Positions 13,969 to 27,915 of a DNA stretch of 64,000 bases are shown here, one piece after another. Positions within the stretch are counted from its first letter, which is position 1. Every line of letters starts with the position of its first letter. The notes under the pieces were generated by a model. That model was not told where the DNA came from and did no database searches. It saw only the letters and a list, made by a program, of their open reading frames with translations. Location: NCBI GenBank assembly GCA_964247055.1, contig OZ176050.1, forward strand, positions 9,734,001 through 9,798,000, read 5' to 3'. The position numbers and the translations under genes are program-made. Source of the stretch: Paragordius varius (taxonomy: Eukaryota > Animalia > Nematomorpha).

Positions 13969-16900
13969 ATGGCTGCACCACCGCCACCACCACCCTCTAT
14001 TCGGGCACCACCCCCTTTACTTGGAAAAAATGCCAAAGTTGCCACAAATCTTGGTATAACAAAATATATTCTTTCCGTAACTATTTATTTTTTTTATCAA
14101 TATATTTCATAAATATTTCAGATTATAAACAAGATATATGTATTTAATATATGGCTAACTTATATTCAGCGGGATATTATTATATATTTTTATGTCTTAA
14201 TTAATTATAACCTAAATACAAGAGATAATATACCACTTAGACCTCGGTTACCCTTGGATAAAATCACCCTTGACCGTTTCAAAATTCTATCACTTTTTAA
14301 TTATTTTAAACAAAGTTTTCTTATAAAAATATAGCTAATTTTTAATTTTTAAAAACATAATTTATTTTTAGAATACTAGGTAATGTTTAATTGTCAATTC
14401 GAATAATTTAAGGGTAAATTTAAAATGTTCATATTAAAAAGAGTGAAATGGAGGAGTAAATAATATATTAAATTTTTCAAAATTTGAAGTTAAAAAAATA
14501 AAAAGATAAATGATAGTATGTTTCAAACAGAAAGCACTTAATATCATGTAAAAATATTGAAATCAGGACTCAAAGAGCCCATGGTTAATTATTTAATAGG
14601 AAAAGGCTCGCATAAATATGCGACCAAGTCCTGGTTTATTTTATCAAAATCCCCCTAATAACCAATACGATATCGATTATAAATAGCGATTATATGGACC
14701 AAATATACAGTTTTTTCCTAAATAATTGATATAAAATTTAAATAATTGCTATTATTAAAATTTATAGTTCTTCTATATCAATGAAATGTCAGTAAAAATG
14801 GAAATGATAATCGACGTTGTGATTAAACGGTGAGATATAAAGAATGTTTTATAAATAATAGTTTTCAAACAACTTAAAATAAATTCATGCTTTTGATGAT
14901 GATAATCTTTCCTCTAAGGATCTTTGACCTGTAATTATAAATCGTCAAACCTCATATAAATGCAGTTTAAGAGTCAAAACCAGTCAAAAATGCCAGAAAA
15001 GCACACCTTTTTGTAAACAACTATATTTTACCAACTAATTTTAATTTTAATATATATTTAATATCTTCTTTGGTGGATCGTTTTTATATATTTTATTATT
15101 TTATTAACATATCATAGCGTGTTAAATTTCCAGTTAATACAACTTAAGGAAACTTAATGGTTTTCTGAATCCGAAAATAGGGGTTAAATTTTTCTAAAAG
15201 AATTAAAATGCACGTAGCGGCTGATCTGTATTTTAGCTATCAAACGATAAAATATGGATTAGAGACCATGTATTTGCAACAGTTTTAACATATATTTAAA
15301 CAATCAGCCAAGCTACAATATTTTTTAAATTTTTAAAAAGCGTTTTTGTGGTTTGATCTTGAAACATCGAAAAAGCTTTTGGTTAAAAGAACTAATAATG
15401 TTTCAATAGTTTGTGTGCAAATGGTTAAATGTTACCCTTTAAAGCCTATACAAGATTTTCGCACATGATTGTATCGGGTAAAATTAATAATCTAGTAAAC
15501 TTTGATTTACTAGTAAAATGATTATTAAACATAAAAAGTAGGATTGTTAATAAAATTTAATTTTAAGGATGTTTTATACTTAAAGGGTATAATCAATATT
15601 TAGAGTGGTTTTAGGGAAACATAGCCCAAAAGTTAAAATAGTTCGAACAAGGTTGCAGATGCAATCATTTTGGACAGATAGATTCTAAGAAGTGCGGTTT
15701 TCGAATTGTGCACTATATTAAAACACTATAAAGGACAAACCATGATTGTGCCACCTGACATTGATATATAAACACTAAATTATAGCTATTAATTAATCAT
15801 TATATGATGGATACAACGTAAATTCTTATGTGGCATGGGCAAAAATAAAATTATACGCACAAAACGTAAGATGAGGACAAATATTTTTTTCTAAAACACA
15901 ACCATACTTTTTATATCTTTATTTTTTTAAATATAACTAATTGTTTAAAACTGTAAAATTTAAATAGAGATATTTATTGGTAACAATCACATATCTATTT
16001 TTCGATTGCAATTGAATCATTTTTATAGGATAAGTTAAACTATAAAAGTATGGTTGTCTTTTAAAAAATTGTCTTTATATTTTTACGTTTTTTTTCGTAT
16101 AATTTCAATTCACACTGTAATAAACAAATTCAATAAAATCATTTATTAGCTCTAAGCGTGAAACACCACAGTTGGTGGTAGATTAACATTATAATCAATG
16201 GGCCCGAATCAGGAAATATTTAATTGTTAATTGATAATTAAATCTTTCCCCCTAGTTTAAAGTTAACATATTTTGTAATGTTTTTAATAGAAATCAAATG
16301 CCTAAAGCCGGTTGTGGTATCTCGTAAACCAATGAAAAACGTTTTTTGGACCCGGATACAATCGACCGATATGGCACACAAAGCAAACTTTGATAAAACC
16401 GTGTGGGCTAAAATTGAAAAAGAAGGAACATATCTAAGCAATAAATTGGAACCTATTCAGGAGGATTTATTAGTAGATTTGTTTGGTCAGGAGAGTGTAC
16501 TTAAAGATTCATCTTCCAACTTAACCGGCAACAAAGGACTCAGTGATAGTGGAAAGATATCTGGCTCAAACACTGCACTCACCAATACATCAAGTTGCAA
16601 CAGTAAAGAGGCCGTCATTACTGTTTTGGAATCAAAGCGCTCTTTGGACATTAACGTAACGCTAAAAAGTTTCAAACTTGAAGTGGGAGACATAAAAATA
16701 GCACTAGCAACGTTAAATTTTAAATTATTAACGGATGATTTAATTAAAAAACTGTACGTTATAAAGCCGACGGCTGAAGAAACCAAAGGTATCAAAGATG
16801 CCGTCAATGCAATGATAGAATCAAATCCCGATAAACCCTATACGATGAATGTTCCAGAAAAATTTTGTTTGGAAATGTCTACCATACCTTGCTTGGAAGA

Positions 16901-19514
16901 AAAACTATGGTGCCTACTGTTCAAAAATAATTTTCATGAAGTTGTGAGCAGTCTCAAAAATATTATCAGATTGTTTCAGTCATATGTCGAAGTATAAGTA
17001 TAATTATATTTGATATTTAATGGCTTAAGAGGTTTATAAAAGATGCCAAAACATTTTTGTTAGCATTCAAATAAAAAAGGTATTTCGACTAAACATAATC
17101 ATCAAACACTATATAAATCCAGTTTAAAAAAGAGCTGATTCTAATAATACATATATTAACGCTTTCAATACATAATAATCTAATAATTAATTTCAAATTT
17201 TTATCATAATATGTTATTTTAGTAAAAAAATCCTGAAAAAATGGCGGCAAGCTTTTAAAGAAAATTTTTTGCTATATATTTTTTAACATTTTCACAATAA
17301 TACTTAAAATGATAAAATGAAAATTCATATGCCTACATGCATAAAAATTTTTCTCAATTGAGCTAATAATATTTACCTTACTGTAAAAAAGGAATTAATT
17401 TTTGAATAAATCAGGAAAGTTAACTATCCGTAAATATATTCTTTACTTATTAGAATAAATACATATAATTTGATTTAATATAAAATATAAGTTTACTCAA
17501 ATTCAGTTATTTGATTTTCACATAAATAGATTCTACTAACAAACAAAGATATCAATATCTTTTTATCCATATTACTTAATTTGGGTAATTATATGAACGC
17601 CTCAAACAAATCTCGATCTCAAGCTGATGGATTCAATCTGGAAACATTGAATAACATAAGGGGTATTAAGTCTAACACACAAAATATGAATCTTTTGCAA
17701 TTTGCCGTCAATTTTCAAATCCAACGGTTGCTCAAACAATCCTTCTACAAAAATTTGGCAAATGGCCATCAGCTTAAAGAGATTGATGGAAATTTTGGAA
17801 ACAATGGGGACGCTGATAAATCATTAACATTTTTTGAATCAAAAACACTCCCTGTTCTTGTGTTGGACAGTTTATTGCCAGTATGTACAGAGTGTCCAAT
17901 GCCAGAACCAACAGCTTTTCGCGATTTGTGTCATGTCAATTTCGATGAAATAAATCAAAGCATTGAAGAAATCGCACAATCCTTAAAAAGTATATTAAAG
18001 AATTGAATTGCAAAAAAGATAATTTGAGAGTGTAAAGTTAGGCTAAATGAGATATTTTAAAATATTTGGGAATTATATACAAATTCTCATCAAGGGTAAG
18101 TATTTATTTGTGAACCGACAATGACTCTTTTAAAATTCGAGAAAATTATTACTCGCATAAAGTATAAATATAATAGTGTATGATGATGATCGTAATGTGC
18201 TCAGGTTGGCAATAGGCTACAGTACTATCGAAAAAACTTATATAATTCGGTATCATCCCCCCTCATATAGCCTAAAAACCTTGAATAATTTTTTAAATTT
18301 ATACAAGGCAATAATAAGATATCTAGAATAATTTTTTGTTAAATCATAATACACAATAAAAATACAAATCAATTGGAACTGTTCCCGTTCTTTTTGTGGA
18401 ATTGGAATCAGGAACATTTTTATGGAACTTGTTATGCTGGAGGCACGGCTTAAAGAGCTCCAAAATATTGATTCAACTTTTTTCTTTTGTATTAATTTTA
18501 AGAAGAATAAATTTGAGTTATAAAATATATTTTTAAGGTTTTCACATAAAAATAACTGATAAATTTAAGCCAATATGACTTATTGTGACATTTTGTTGAC
18601 ACATCAAAAGAAAGGCATCAGTAATAATTTAAAATGAACCGGATCAAAATCATTTGTCCCTATGAAGTAGTATCTGAACAATAAATAAATTGAATCTTAA
18701 ATCATTTTTGTTTGTCGGTTCCAATTCCATCTTATTTTGTCTTAACATATTTCGTTTGTAAAAAATTTGTTTTTAACCTTATAGAATTTGATCAAAAATA
18801 TGGTGTGATATGCGATTCGTCTTTAGAGGATGATGCAAAAAGCTATGTAATTTACTTAAAGGAGTTGCAAAATAATGGTATTATCCAATTTATCCAATTA
18901 AATCGTAGTCTGAAAAATATTTTACCATTTTAATGTTAAATTCATATCGAAAATATTCGATATTTACATTATTAATCCATTCTATTTACACTTGAAGAGA
19001 TAGTTACTATAGAGTTTTCCTACAAAAGCGCTCTTGGCATTTTTTAATTACATATTAAATTAGCTAAAAATTTAAATATGTGGAAAATTATTTAACATTA
19101 AAATATTTTTTCATAAACTGTTAGAGCTAACCACTAACGACCAACATGATTTTCTTTCATCTATGACTAATTTATCAACAAACTGGTGTTTTTTATCTTA
19201 AATAAAAAATCAGATTCAAAACAGAATTTTGGGCATTTATATTATTATTATTATCAATTTATAACAATTAACTTTTGTTACTTACAAATGTTAATAGTTA
19301 CTATTGAATTCGAATCTCTGAAAAAATCATTTGAGGAGATGAAAAACAAGTAACTTTTTACCTAAAGTGTAAAAGGTATACTCAGGTAACGCAATACTTT
19401 TGTTGGAAAACTACTAAGATGGACAAAGCGGGAGAATTTTTTAAAGTATGGCAAGATTTTTTCCAAGATTATCGTGATATGTGGAATTTGGAAATACAAA
19501 AGCTTAATAAGTAA
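13969..19514 (+). CDS. Formin, FMN/cappuccino-type FH2 with a very short FH1, about 509 aa. Exons 13969-14053, 16291-16991, 17530-17989, 18785-18877, 19298-19349, 19376-19514
   Basis: MAAPPPPPPSIRAPPPLL..; PMKNVFWTRIQ (FMN-type PMKPLYWTRIQ); LGNYMNASNKSRSQADGF; TQYF..FFKVWQDFFQDYRDMW. Exon phases are consistent. Introns 2,237, 538, 795, 420 and 26 nt. An extra terminal exon from 20810 (via donor AA|gtaata at 19511) is possible but unproven. Confidence 0.88.
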
Positions 19515-22500
19515 TATACTTTTATTAGAAATTGTGGTTTTAAATAAAATTTGATACAAACTATAGTAAAATATCCCCAACTTTTATAAATACCATACTC
19601 TTACAATCGGGCAAATCTCACGTTAAATAGCATTGACAGTGGGGCTTTTCCATTGATAACATTGTGCACCACCATATACCGCTAATTTGATAAACTATCC
19701 CTTTCAAAACTATTTATATTTGAAAAATAGCAGGAATACGTTCACTTATTATCCACCCTTTAACCATCTCCCAAAATGCTTTTGTCGTATAATGTTTGGT
19801 AAAAATCATAGTTGTATTTGATTTGCTCTTAAAATAAAATTTGAGGCAAAGAAATTGCTGTATTTGCTTAACAGGTTATTTATACTGCGAATGTCGATTT
19901 TAACCAGCTACTAGCAACCAGGTGTGAAATCTTGCTATAAACCTTTAGTTTAAGTTATATGTCTAATATAAACAAGCCCATATATGAATTGCTATTTACT
20001 GAAATTTTACCTGATCTCGTGGCATATTGCCATCCCAAAAATCGATCGATTTAAATAAAAGTTTTATTTATCTAAAAGCCTGGCCAGAGGTGTATCTTGC
20101 ATTTCTGGCGCCCGGTGCATGAATTCGTGATGGCGCCTTCCTCCTCTCCATGCAGCCCCATGCATTTTAAAAAATAATCAAATTCAAACCGTAGTCATGA
20201 CCATTCATAAGTGGGTGATTGTTTTATGTATTCTTTAAAATGAAAACATTTAAATACCTATTTTTTAAAATAAAATTATAATTTTGTAAAATCCGACCCC
20301 CCTTTAACTATACCGCCGGGTGCATCAGTCCCCTTACCCCTCACCATATGTTAAAATTGTCAGCTGTTGGTTTTCACAGTCACGGTATAATCAAAATATA
20401 GTTAAGTTTAGAGCCAAGACCCTAACTATTTCGTAAACATTATTTTAAAAATTTAAATATTTTTTCATTCTAAAACTAGTTTTTTTCGTTACAGACAGCG
20501 TTTTTCAAAGTTTTTTTACATATCACAGGCTAAAAATATCCTTTCGTTAGCCTTTTAGGCGAATGACAAACTTTTTTTTCTGAAAACTGTAAAATGTAAA
20601 AAATACTTATATCAACCCTAACTGCTATTTTTTTAATTTTATTTATAAATGAATATGATTGTTGAAAAATATAAAGTATAACTTTGTAAAGCTTTCAATA
20701 CAATTTACCACCAAGCTGCTCGTTTCAATCGTGTTTCAAAGCTATCTGACAATCCGGAAATCTAAAAGTTAAAAATTGTAAAAATTCTAATTTTTTTTAT
20801 CTCATACAGGAGAAGAGGGTTTGGTAATGAAATAACCAAAACTTTTAAACAATACTATAATTGTTAAACTATCCCAAAATGTCATCGCTTACAAAAATTT
20901 GAAAATGTAATGAAGTCTTAAAATTATGTGATTTGTATGAAAATACTGTTTGATACAAAAGTGTTGTTTCTGAATGAAAAAAATGTATAACAAATTTATT
21001 CTTTAACTAGATCTGCGAAATCACGAAATAACGCATGCCAAAGTGATAACGCCAAAATAAAACGCTTGGTAAATATATCCTCATTTTATTTTAATTGACT
21101 CCTTTAATTAGGTAGAACTTCTGTATATAAAAACCGTTGTATTAAAATTCATTTTTTTTTCAAAAATATTTTACTTGTGCTATTTTTAAACCAAAAAATC
21201 AGACGTTAACAATTTAAAAACAAACCCATTTTTTAAATAATCAAATAGGGTATTCTTCCGATTTCATTGAACTTAACTACTGATCCTTTTTGATATCATT
21301 AGTTTTTTAAAGTGGCTCATAGATATTATAGTTTAACTATTTATTAATAATAACAATATATTTAATTTATATTTGCAAGATTAAACTTTGCACAAATCGA
21401 AAAATGGCAATCGATAAGATTTTCACATTTTAACATGTTAAAATATCCTGATTAATAATACACTTATAGCAAAGGTGTCCAACCCAAATAACTTCGCAGC
21501 CCGTTTTTTGACTCAAAAGCCCAGACCGGCTGCATTTTGATAATAAATGGCCATTCGTGATTATTTATTAAATTCATATATAAAACTGTAAAATGCAAAA
21601 ACAATTTTACAATTTTTTTATAGTTCTTGCCAATAGAATAGATTTACATAGTTAAAAAAAACCATTTTTTAGATAGATTTTGTGGGATATATCAGTTTTA
21701 TGGATTTTCAAATATTTCACGGGCCGAACATTAAGAAGAACTCTTGACTTATAGGGAACATGTTCCATATTATTAATTAATTATAAAATCGTTTTGGCAG
21801 CAACCACCCAAAAGATAATTAAATGTATTAATTGTTTAATCTGCTTTATATAACAATCTCAAAATCGATAAGATATCATGAAATAATTGAACCTTCTTTT
21901 AATGATTTGGTATATTAAGAGTTGCTTTTAAATTTCTAAAACTTTGTTTTTTTAAAAAATTTTATCTATAAAGCCAATTCATACATCGTCTCTTAAAATA
22001 TAAATATGGAAATTGAAAAGTTGGGAATATTGTATTTTTTTTTTAGTTTTATTGCAATTTGAAGTTGGTAAAGTGTAAATTATCAATTTTAGTTTTACTC
22101 GTAAAAGTGTGCCTTATATAAAATGTTTTTATGAGACTTTAACGATTATGAAAACACAATTTTCCTATAAAATATATATTTTAATAGAATACAGTGTTGC
22201 GGAAAAAATAGTCGGATAGCGGATGAATAGTGTGAAGCACTTTAAAAATCAAGGATCAGAAGTGATGGTAAACCAAATTTGTAATTTGATAATAATTAAT
22301 TGGATGTAATAAATGATTATTCAAATATTATATTTTTATGTTAATATATGCTAAAAATTTATAACGCTCCAGTACCAAAATTATGGTACTCTATTTTTTA
22401 ATTACATATAAAATACCTAATCCGTAAACTTTAAACCCTCAATGTGGGTGAATTTCTTTTACGTTTGAAATAATTGGGTCTGTACTAGCTTTTATATTGG

Positions 22501-25432
22501 TTTTTGGAGCGATACACTGACTTGTAGTCTGCTACCTGGTAATAATTTATGTATGAACTTTGTAAAATGTAAAAAATAATTTAATTTACTTTGTATTCGA
22601 TAATCCACTAATTTACAATCAAATAGATATATTATATTGTGCATTTTAAAATAAATGTTTTATTAAATTAATAGATTAGGAGCTTTACAATGAATCTTTA
22701 ACGATCATAAAATTAAAAAACTATAAATTGTAGGTTTAATAAATTTCTCTTTCTGTTTTGATATTATGTAAACTAAGAGAGCTTAGCATAAATTTTCCCT
22801 TAGAATTCCGTGTCATCTATTGTTGACCAGTTGATAGGCCTGAAATATTACTTTATCATTTATGTTGGCCCCGAGTGTTTTCTAAATTAGCGCTATAGCC
22901 TGAACAAATATAAATATGAACAAAACAAAGATAAAGTTGGACTTGCAAATTATGTAATTTATAATTATTGGTTTCTAATCCGAGATTCCCGGCGCATTGG
23001 ATATAAATGGCCTTATAATATTTTTCCAATATAATCGGTTTTTGAGGTTTTAACCTTGAACCTAAACCTTATTAGGAGCGACGAAAGTCAAAGTTCCACA
23101 AAAATATCGTAAACACGACAATGGTTGATTCGAAACTCTAATTCTTATAAGAGGTATTTTTTGGACATTTTTATAATTAAATCAACAAATATTTTTAATA
23201 AAATCGAATGTTAACTTTTTTGAATATATATATATAAAAATATCTGTATATTTTAAAAATGCAAAATAATGGCTTTGAGACAATTTCTCCAAAAAATGTC
23301 CCATTTAAATTGAATAGTTGTCCTAAATATTTGATTTACGAAAGCGCAATTATATTTCTCCTGATTTAAGCGCCATCCTGTATAAATGGTTTAGGTTAAA
23401 AAATACCCCCAAATTAAGGTTCTTGAATAGTTTTTCGCAAAACAAAGGCTTCTTTTATTATTACATAATGGCCAATTTTCAACGAATGTGCGAACAACGG
23501 AGCGCTTTTATTTAGGACTTGGCCCTATACAACGGTAAGAAAGCACTGAACAGACCATTAAATACGGGTCTCACCGTTATAACAACTTAGCTCGCAAGTT
23601 TAAGTCAAAACAAAAAGTCATGTATGAAGTTATGAGCGCCGTTTTAAAATAAAATATTCTCTATATAGGGTGGAACAATATATAATCAATAATGATTGAC
23701 TAATTGACAGCGAGTTTGAAAGGGCACAGATAATAATCATATCAATTTTACCTCAAATTACTGATGGATTTTTTTCAAATGCTAAACTGTTTAGTAAATA
23801 GGTATTCAGTTCCAAAGCGGATATTTACAGTACGATACACCTTGTACACTTATATTGAATTGAGTGTAGTGATAAAAAATAAGTCTAAACTTCAATATAT
23901 TATTTTACTATGGTTTTACAATAAAAACATTGATAAATATAATTACACTACCGATTTTCTAGTTTAACTTTTTAAAATTAATTACAAAATATATTATTTT
24001 AATATGATATATGGTTGTTGTAATTTCCGAGTTGAATTAAACTGTCCTGAACAGATTATCCTATGTAATAATGAAGAAGCGTTAGCACCACTAAATTATC
24101 TCACATTAATTGACCTCATTCATTATATCAATAGAATTATAATATATGCAAGATATTTTATCATAACATAACACTTTATTGCACACAATATGTTTTTTAA
24201 CCTAAAATGTAAAATTACCATATTTCTTATTGAATTAAAGAGTTGCTTACGCTTTCTTTAGATAATTTCAAATATATAACGAATTTTATAATATACCTAA
24301 TAAATAATAGCCAATCTATTTGACCGTACTCCTTACCACCGATTAGTCTGTTTGTTTTATCATTTCCATGCATCAAAATAGCATTTGATAGTGTCAAACT
24401 GTTATAAAATACAATCTTGAGAAATTCGATAAAAAAATTTACATAAATATAGCTTTAATTTTAGTGAGGCATCTCACTTTATCAAGTTTTTTATCATACA
24501 ATTTGATGCAATGTATGATAAAATATGTCTGTCTATGAATCATAAAATAATTTTTATCTAATAAGGAGGATGATTAATGATAAAAACAAACAAATCGTTT
24601 AAAATTTAATTCTATCTATACCATTGTTTTATTCGCTGGATAACTTGTCAAACATTTTAATCCTTATAATTTTAAAATAGGTATAAACAAAATATTTTTA
24701 TCCAAATCCATCCATAGATAGATGTCAATACATGTTGGGAAAAATATATTTTTTCTATTGTGAAAAATCCCCCCCCCCTCCCCCCCAAAAAAAACATCGC
24801 ATTTTAAAAATGTGGTTTAAGAGCAATCAGTGTTATTTTATTTATTAATATTCCCTTTCTTTTTAATTATTAATATAGCCATATGCTAACTAGAATGCTA
24901 AATTTGTAAATTACAAACACTTTACGAAAAAGTTGCTAGCTGGCAATTATGAAATTTGCAGGTATGCACTTTCTAAATGACCCTGATATGTAAAAAATTC
25001 AAAGATGAATAAATTTGATGAACTCTTCAAATATTGACCTGTTATTTATGTTCATCTATTAGGACACACAATAAAAAACGTGATAAATTTATCTGATCGA
25101 ATTTTTTTCACATCAGAAAAGGTGAGAAGGAAATGAATATTTCATGGCAAGTTTCATGTTAGGCACGGATAAAAGGTCCATGTTATAAGGATAAACATTT
25201 CAACTATTTTAAACTTAATTAAGTTTAGTCAGTATCACCTGTGATTGTGATCTCATTTAAATCACAAAACTATGATCAAGCGTTCTGGTTATTTTTATAT
25301 CCTAAAAATATACTTATTAAAAATCTGATTTTATCATTTGCATATTCTTAAATATGTGGAAATAAAATTCGTATATGCCCAAAAAAACAACCAACTTTAA
25401 AAGTTTAGTGGCCAAACTAACTTACTATTGAA

Positions 25433-25732
25433 AAGGGGTGGCCAACACGCGGCCCTATGAGACTTTATATGCGACCCGCACGCAAAAAATTTGGGATCCA
25501 AATTTGCAAAAATGTTTACAAAAAATTGGTAGATGTTCTTTAAACATTTTTTTTTAAATAAGTATATCCAAATAGCAAGAACAAGAAAATTTTTTACATT
25601 CCGGTTCTTTTTAAACTCTTTTGTTTAAATTTTTATATAAGATTATCAATGCCTATAGTATATTTCGAATGCTACCCGTCGTAATTTTTGAGTTATAAAT
25701 ACGGCTGGCAAAGCCATTGTTGGATACCCCTG
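25433..25732. mobile_element. hAT/Charlie-like MITE remnant; related remnants at about 21471-21730, 51301-51636 and 56010-56570
   Basis: Ends AAGGGGTGGCCAAC / GTTGGATACCCCTG with subterminal GCGGCCC-like motifs. TSD not recognisable. Confidence 0.65.
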
Positions 25733-26485
25733 CTTTATAAATAATTTCAATTTCATTTAAATATTTAGCAGTTAATTATATTGGTTTATTAATATGCACT
25801 TAACACATATGATATTATATATATTCATAAAGTTGTGTATTTAGGTATTAGTATTCTAGCGTAATATGGCCTTGGTATCTAATTGCAGAGTAATGCTAGT
25901 TGGTTATGACTTTGTTTAAAACTTTTTTTTAATCGTTACAATTGCCCAGCCTTACACTGGCTAATGGGATTATGGATTCTCAATTTATATACAATAAGTG
26001 AAATTAAACCAAGTTCTTTCTCATTTTAATGTAAGATGTTAAAATATTGAAAGTCAGTAAGGATTTACAAGGTTTAATATACTATTTGATAGTTGTAATA
26101 TTTTGACTCATTTCGATTTTAGGTCCACTTTAAATAAAGTTTGAAATAAATGAAACATAAAGATATTTATAAAATTGAATCCATTATTTTAGAAAAATAA
26201 TTGAATAATTCCTTTAATAATCCATGGAATCACAATGTTAAGACAAGTTGTCACCTACAATTCATATATTCACGAATATTTCTAAGTATTTTTACTAAAA
26301 CCCTACAAGAAGCAAAGATAGTTCAATGACCAAAATATAATTTGAGAGACGCTTATGCGTATTAACAATTAATTTAAAATTCTTTGTGCCAATTAGGGAT
26401 ATAATTGAATTACTAAATTTGAATTTAAATTCACTGTATAAACTGATTTATTCTTGTTTATATGCCCAAAATTTAAAAATTAATT

Positions 26486-26527
<42 letters not shown>

Positions 26528-27651
26528 TATATATAATAAAATAAATGTTTTACAAAAAATTGAAAAGTTTTTTTTTATTTTTAATGGCAAATAAAACGTT
26601 TTTTTACGACTTTGTAATTGCTTGCATTGAGTGTACTACCATTTTATGACCATATTAGCTTGGGTTTCTAACATTTTTTGCAAAATAAAAACTATTCATT
26701 AATTTTTATTGTTTAATTGTTAAATGCCCATAAAATTTTAAATGAAATAATTATATTTGCTTTCATTCCATCATAGGAACTCAAAAACTGTGAGATTATG
26801 CTTGTCTTGTAAAAAATTTTTTGTTATGTGACAAATAGAAGCGATAATTAGTAGATGTATAATTAAAAACCAAATTTTTATAATTGTGTTAAAAAAGCTT
26901 CTCAATATTCTTGAATGATAAAATTTAAGTACTTAAATAAACTTAACAATCATAATTATCTTATTTAGAGAACCAAGTAGTACAATAACCTATTTTAGCG
27001 TTTAAAAAGAAGAAAATAATTAAAATGTTTTATGGGAAAAATAAGAATAGCAGGTCCCATAATTGTCTACTATTGTGCAATATTCCCAAATTTTTTAACC
27101 TCTAACTTACCATAATAAGGGAAAATTATAATAATTATTAATAACACATTATACATATCAATGATAATAATTACATTTTAAATTTTTGATGCGTTGTTAA
27201 CTGATAATTTTAAATATAAAATGATAATTTTAATGATTATTACTCAATAAATATATATTTAAAGGTTTTATTAGAAATCTTAAGATAACAACAATTTTTC
27301 CGTGCTAGAAAACAGTTTATTTTATGGTGTTTTTATAAAAAAGTATGTGGCAAATTGTAAAGTAAATTTTCTTCCATGCGTTATAATTTTTCAACTTTTA
27401 TTTTAAAAGATATTTTCTCAAAAACCTTTATATTTTATTTTCAAAGTTTGAAATTCAAGCTGAAATTTAATATTAAACAGCTAAAAAATATTACTGCCAA
27501 ATAAATACATTATTGTATAATTAAACTTTGAATCATATATTAATAACAGTTGTTAAAATCCGTAATATAACGATAATGGATAATTAAATAGAATTAAATG
27601 AAACTACAAATAGAAATTATAAACGATATGTGAAACCCTTCATCAATAGTA

Positions 27652-27694
27652 ATCGCAGACTAGTTTCGTGCTTGTTAGCACTCATCAGTACGAC
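27652..27694 (-). ncRNA. Minimal type I hammerhead ribozyme (structurally intact)
   Basis: - strand reads GUCGUA-CUGAUGA-GUGCU(AACA)AGCAC-GAAA-C(UA)G-UC^UGCGAU: complete core, perfect 5-bp stem II, 5-6 bp stem I, minimal stem III containing the palindrome ACUAGU. Confidence 0.82.
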
Positions 27695-27872
27695 ACAACT
27701 ATTTGACTTGGGGTTTTCACATATCGATTTCGTATATATATCCAACTTTGGTATAAATGCAGTTGGTTATACGAATTTAAATTAAATTTAATAACCAACT
27801 GCATTTATACCAAAATTGCAAAGTTGGATATATACGAAATCGATATGTGACAACCCCAAGTCAAATAGTTGT

Positions 27873-27915
27873 GTCGTACTGATGAGTGCTAACAATCACG
27901 AAACTAGTCTGCTAT
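27873..27915 (+). ncRNA. Second hammerhead copy, partly degraded
   Basis: GUCGUA-CUGAUGA-GUGCU(AACA)AUCAC-GAAACUAGUC^UGCUA: core intact, one mismatch in stem II, stem I shortened. Confidence 0.6.

Noticed and set aside
16238-16807. Antisense ORFs overlapping formin exon 2 (also 38638-38829, 39230-39418 and 39510-39716 within the PDZ gene)
   Set aside because: Shadow frames of real coding exons.
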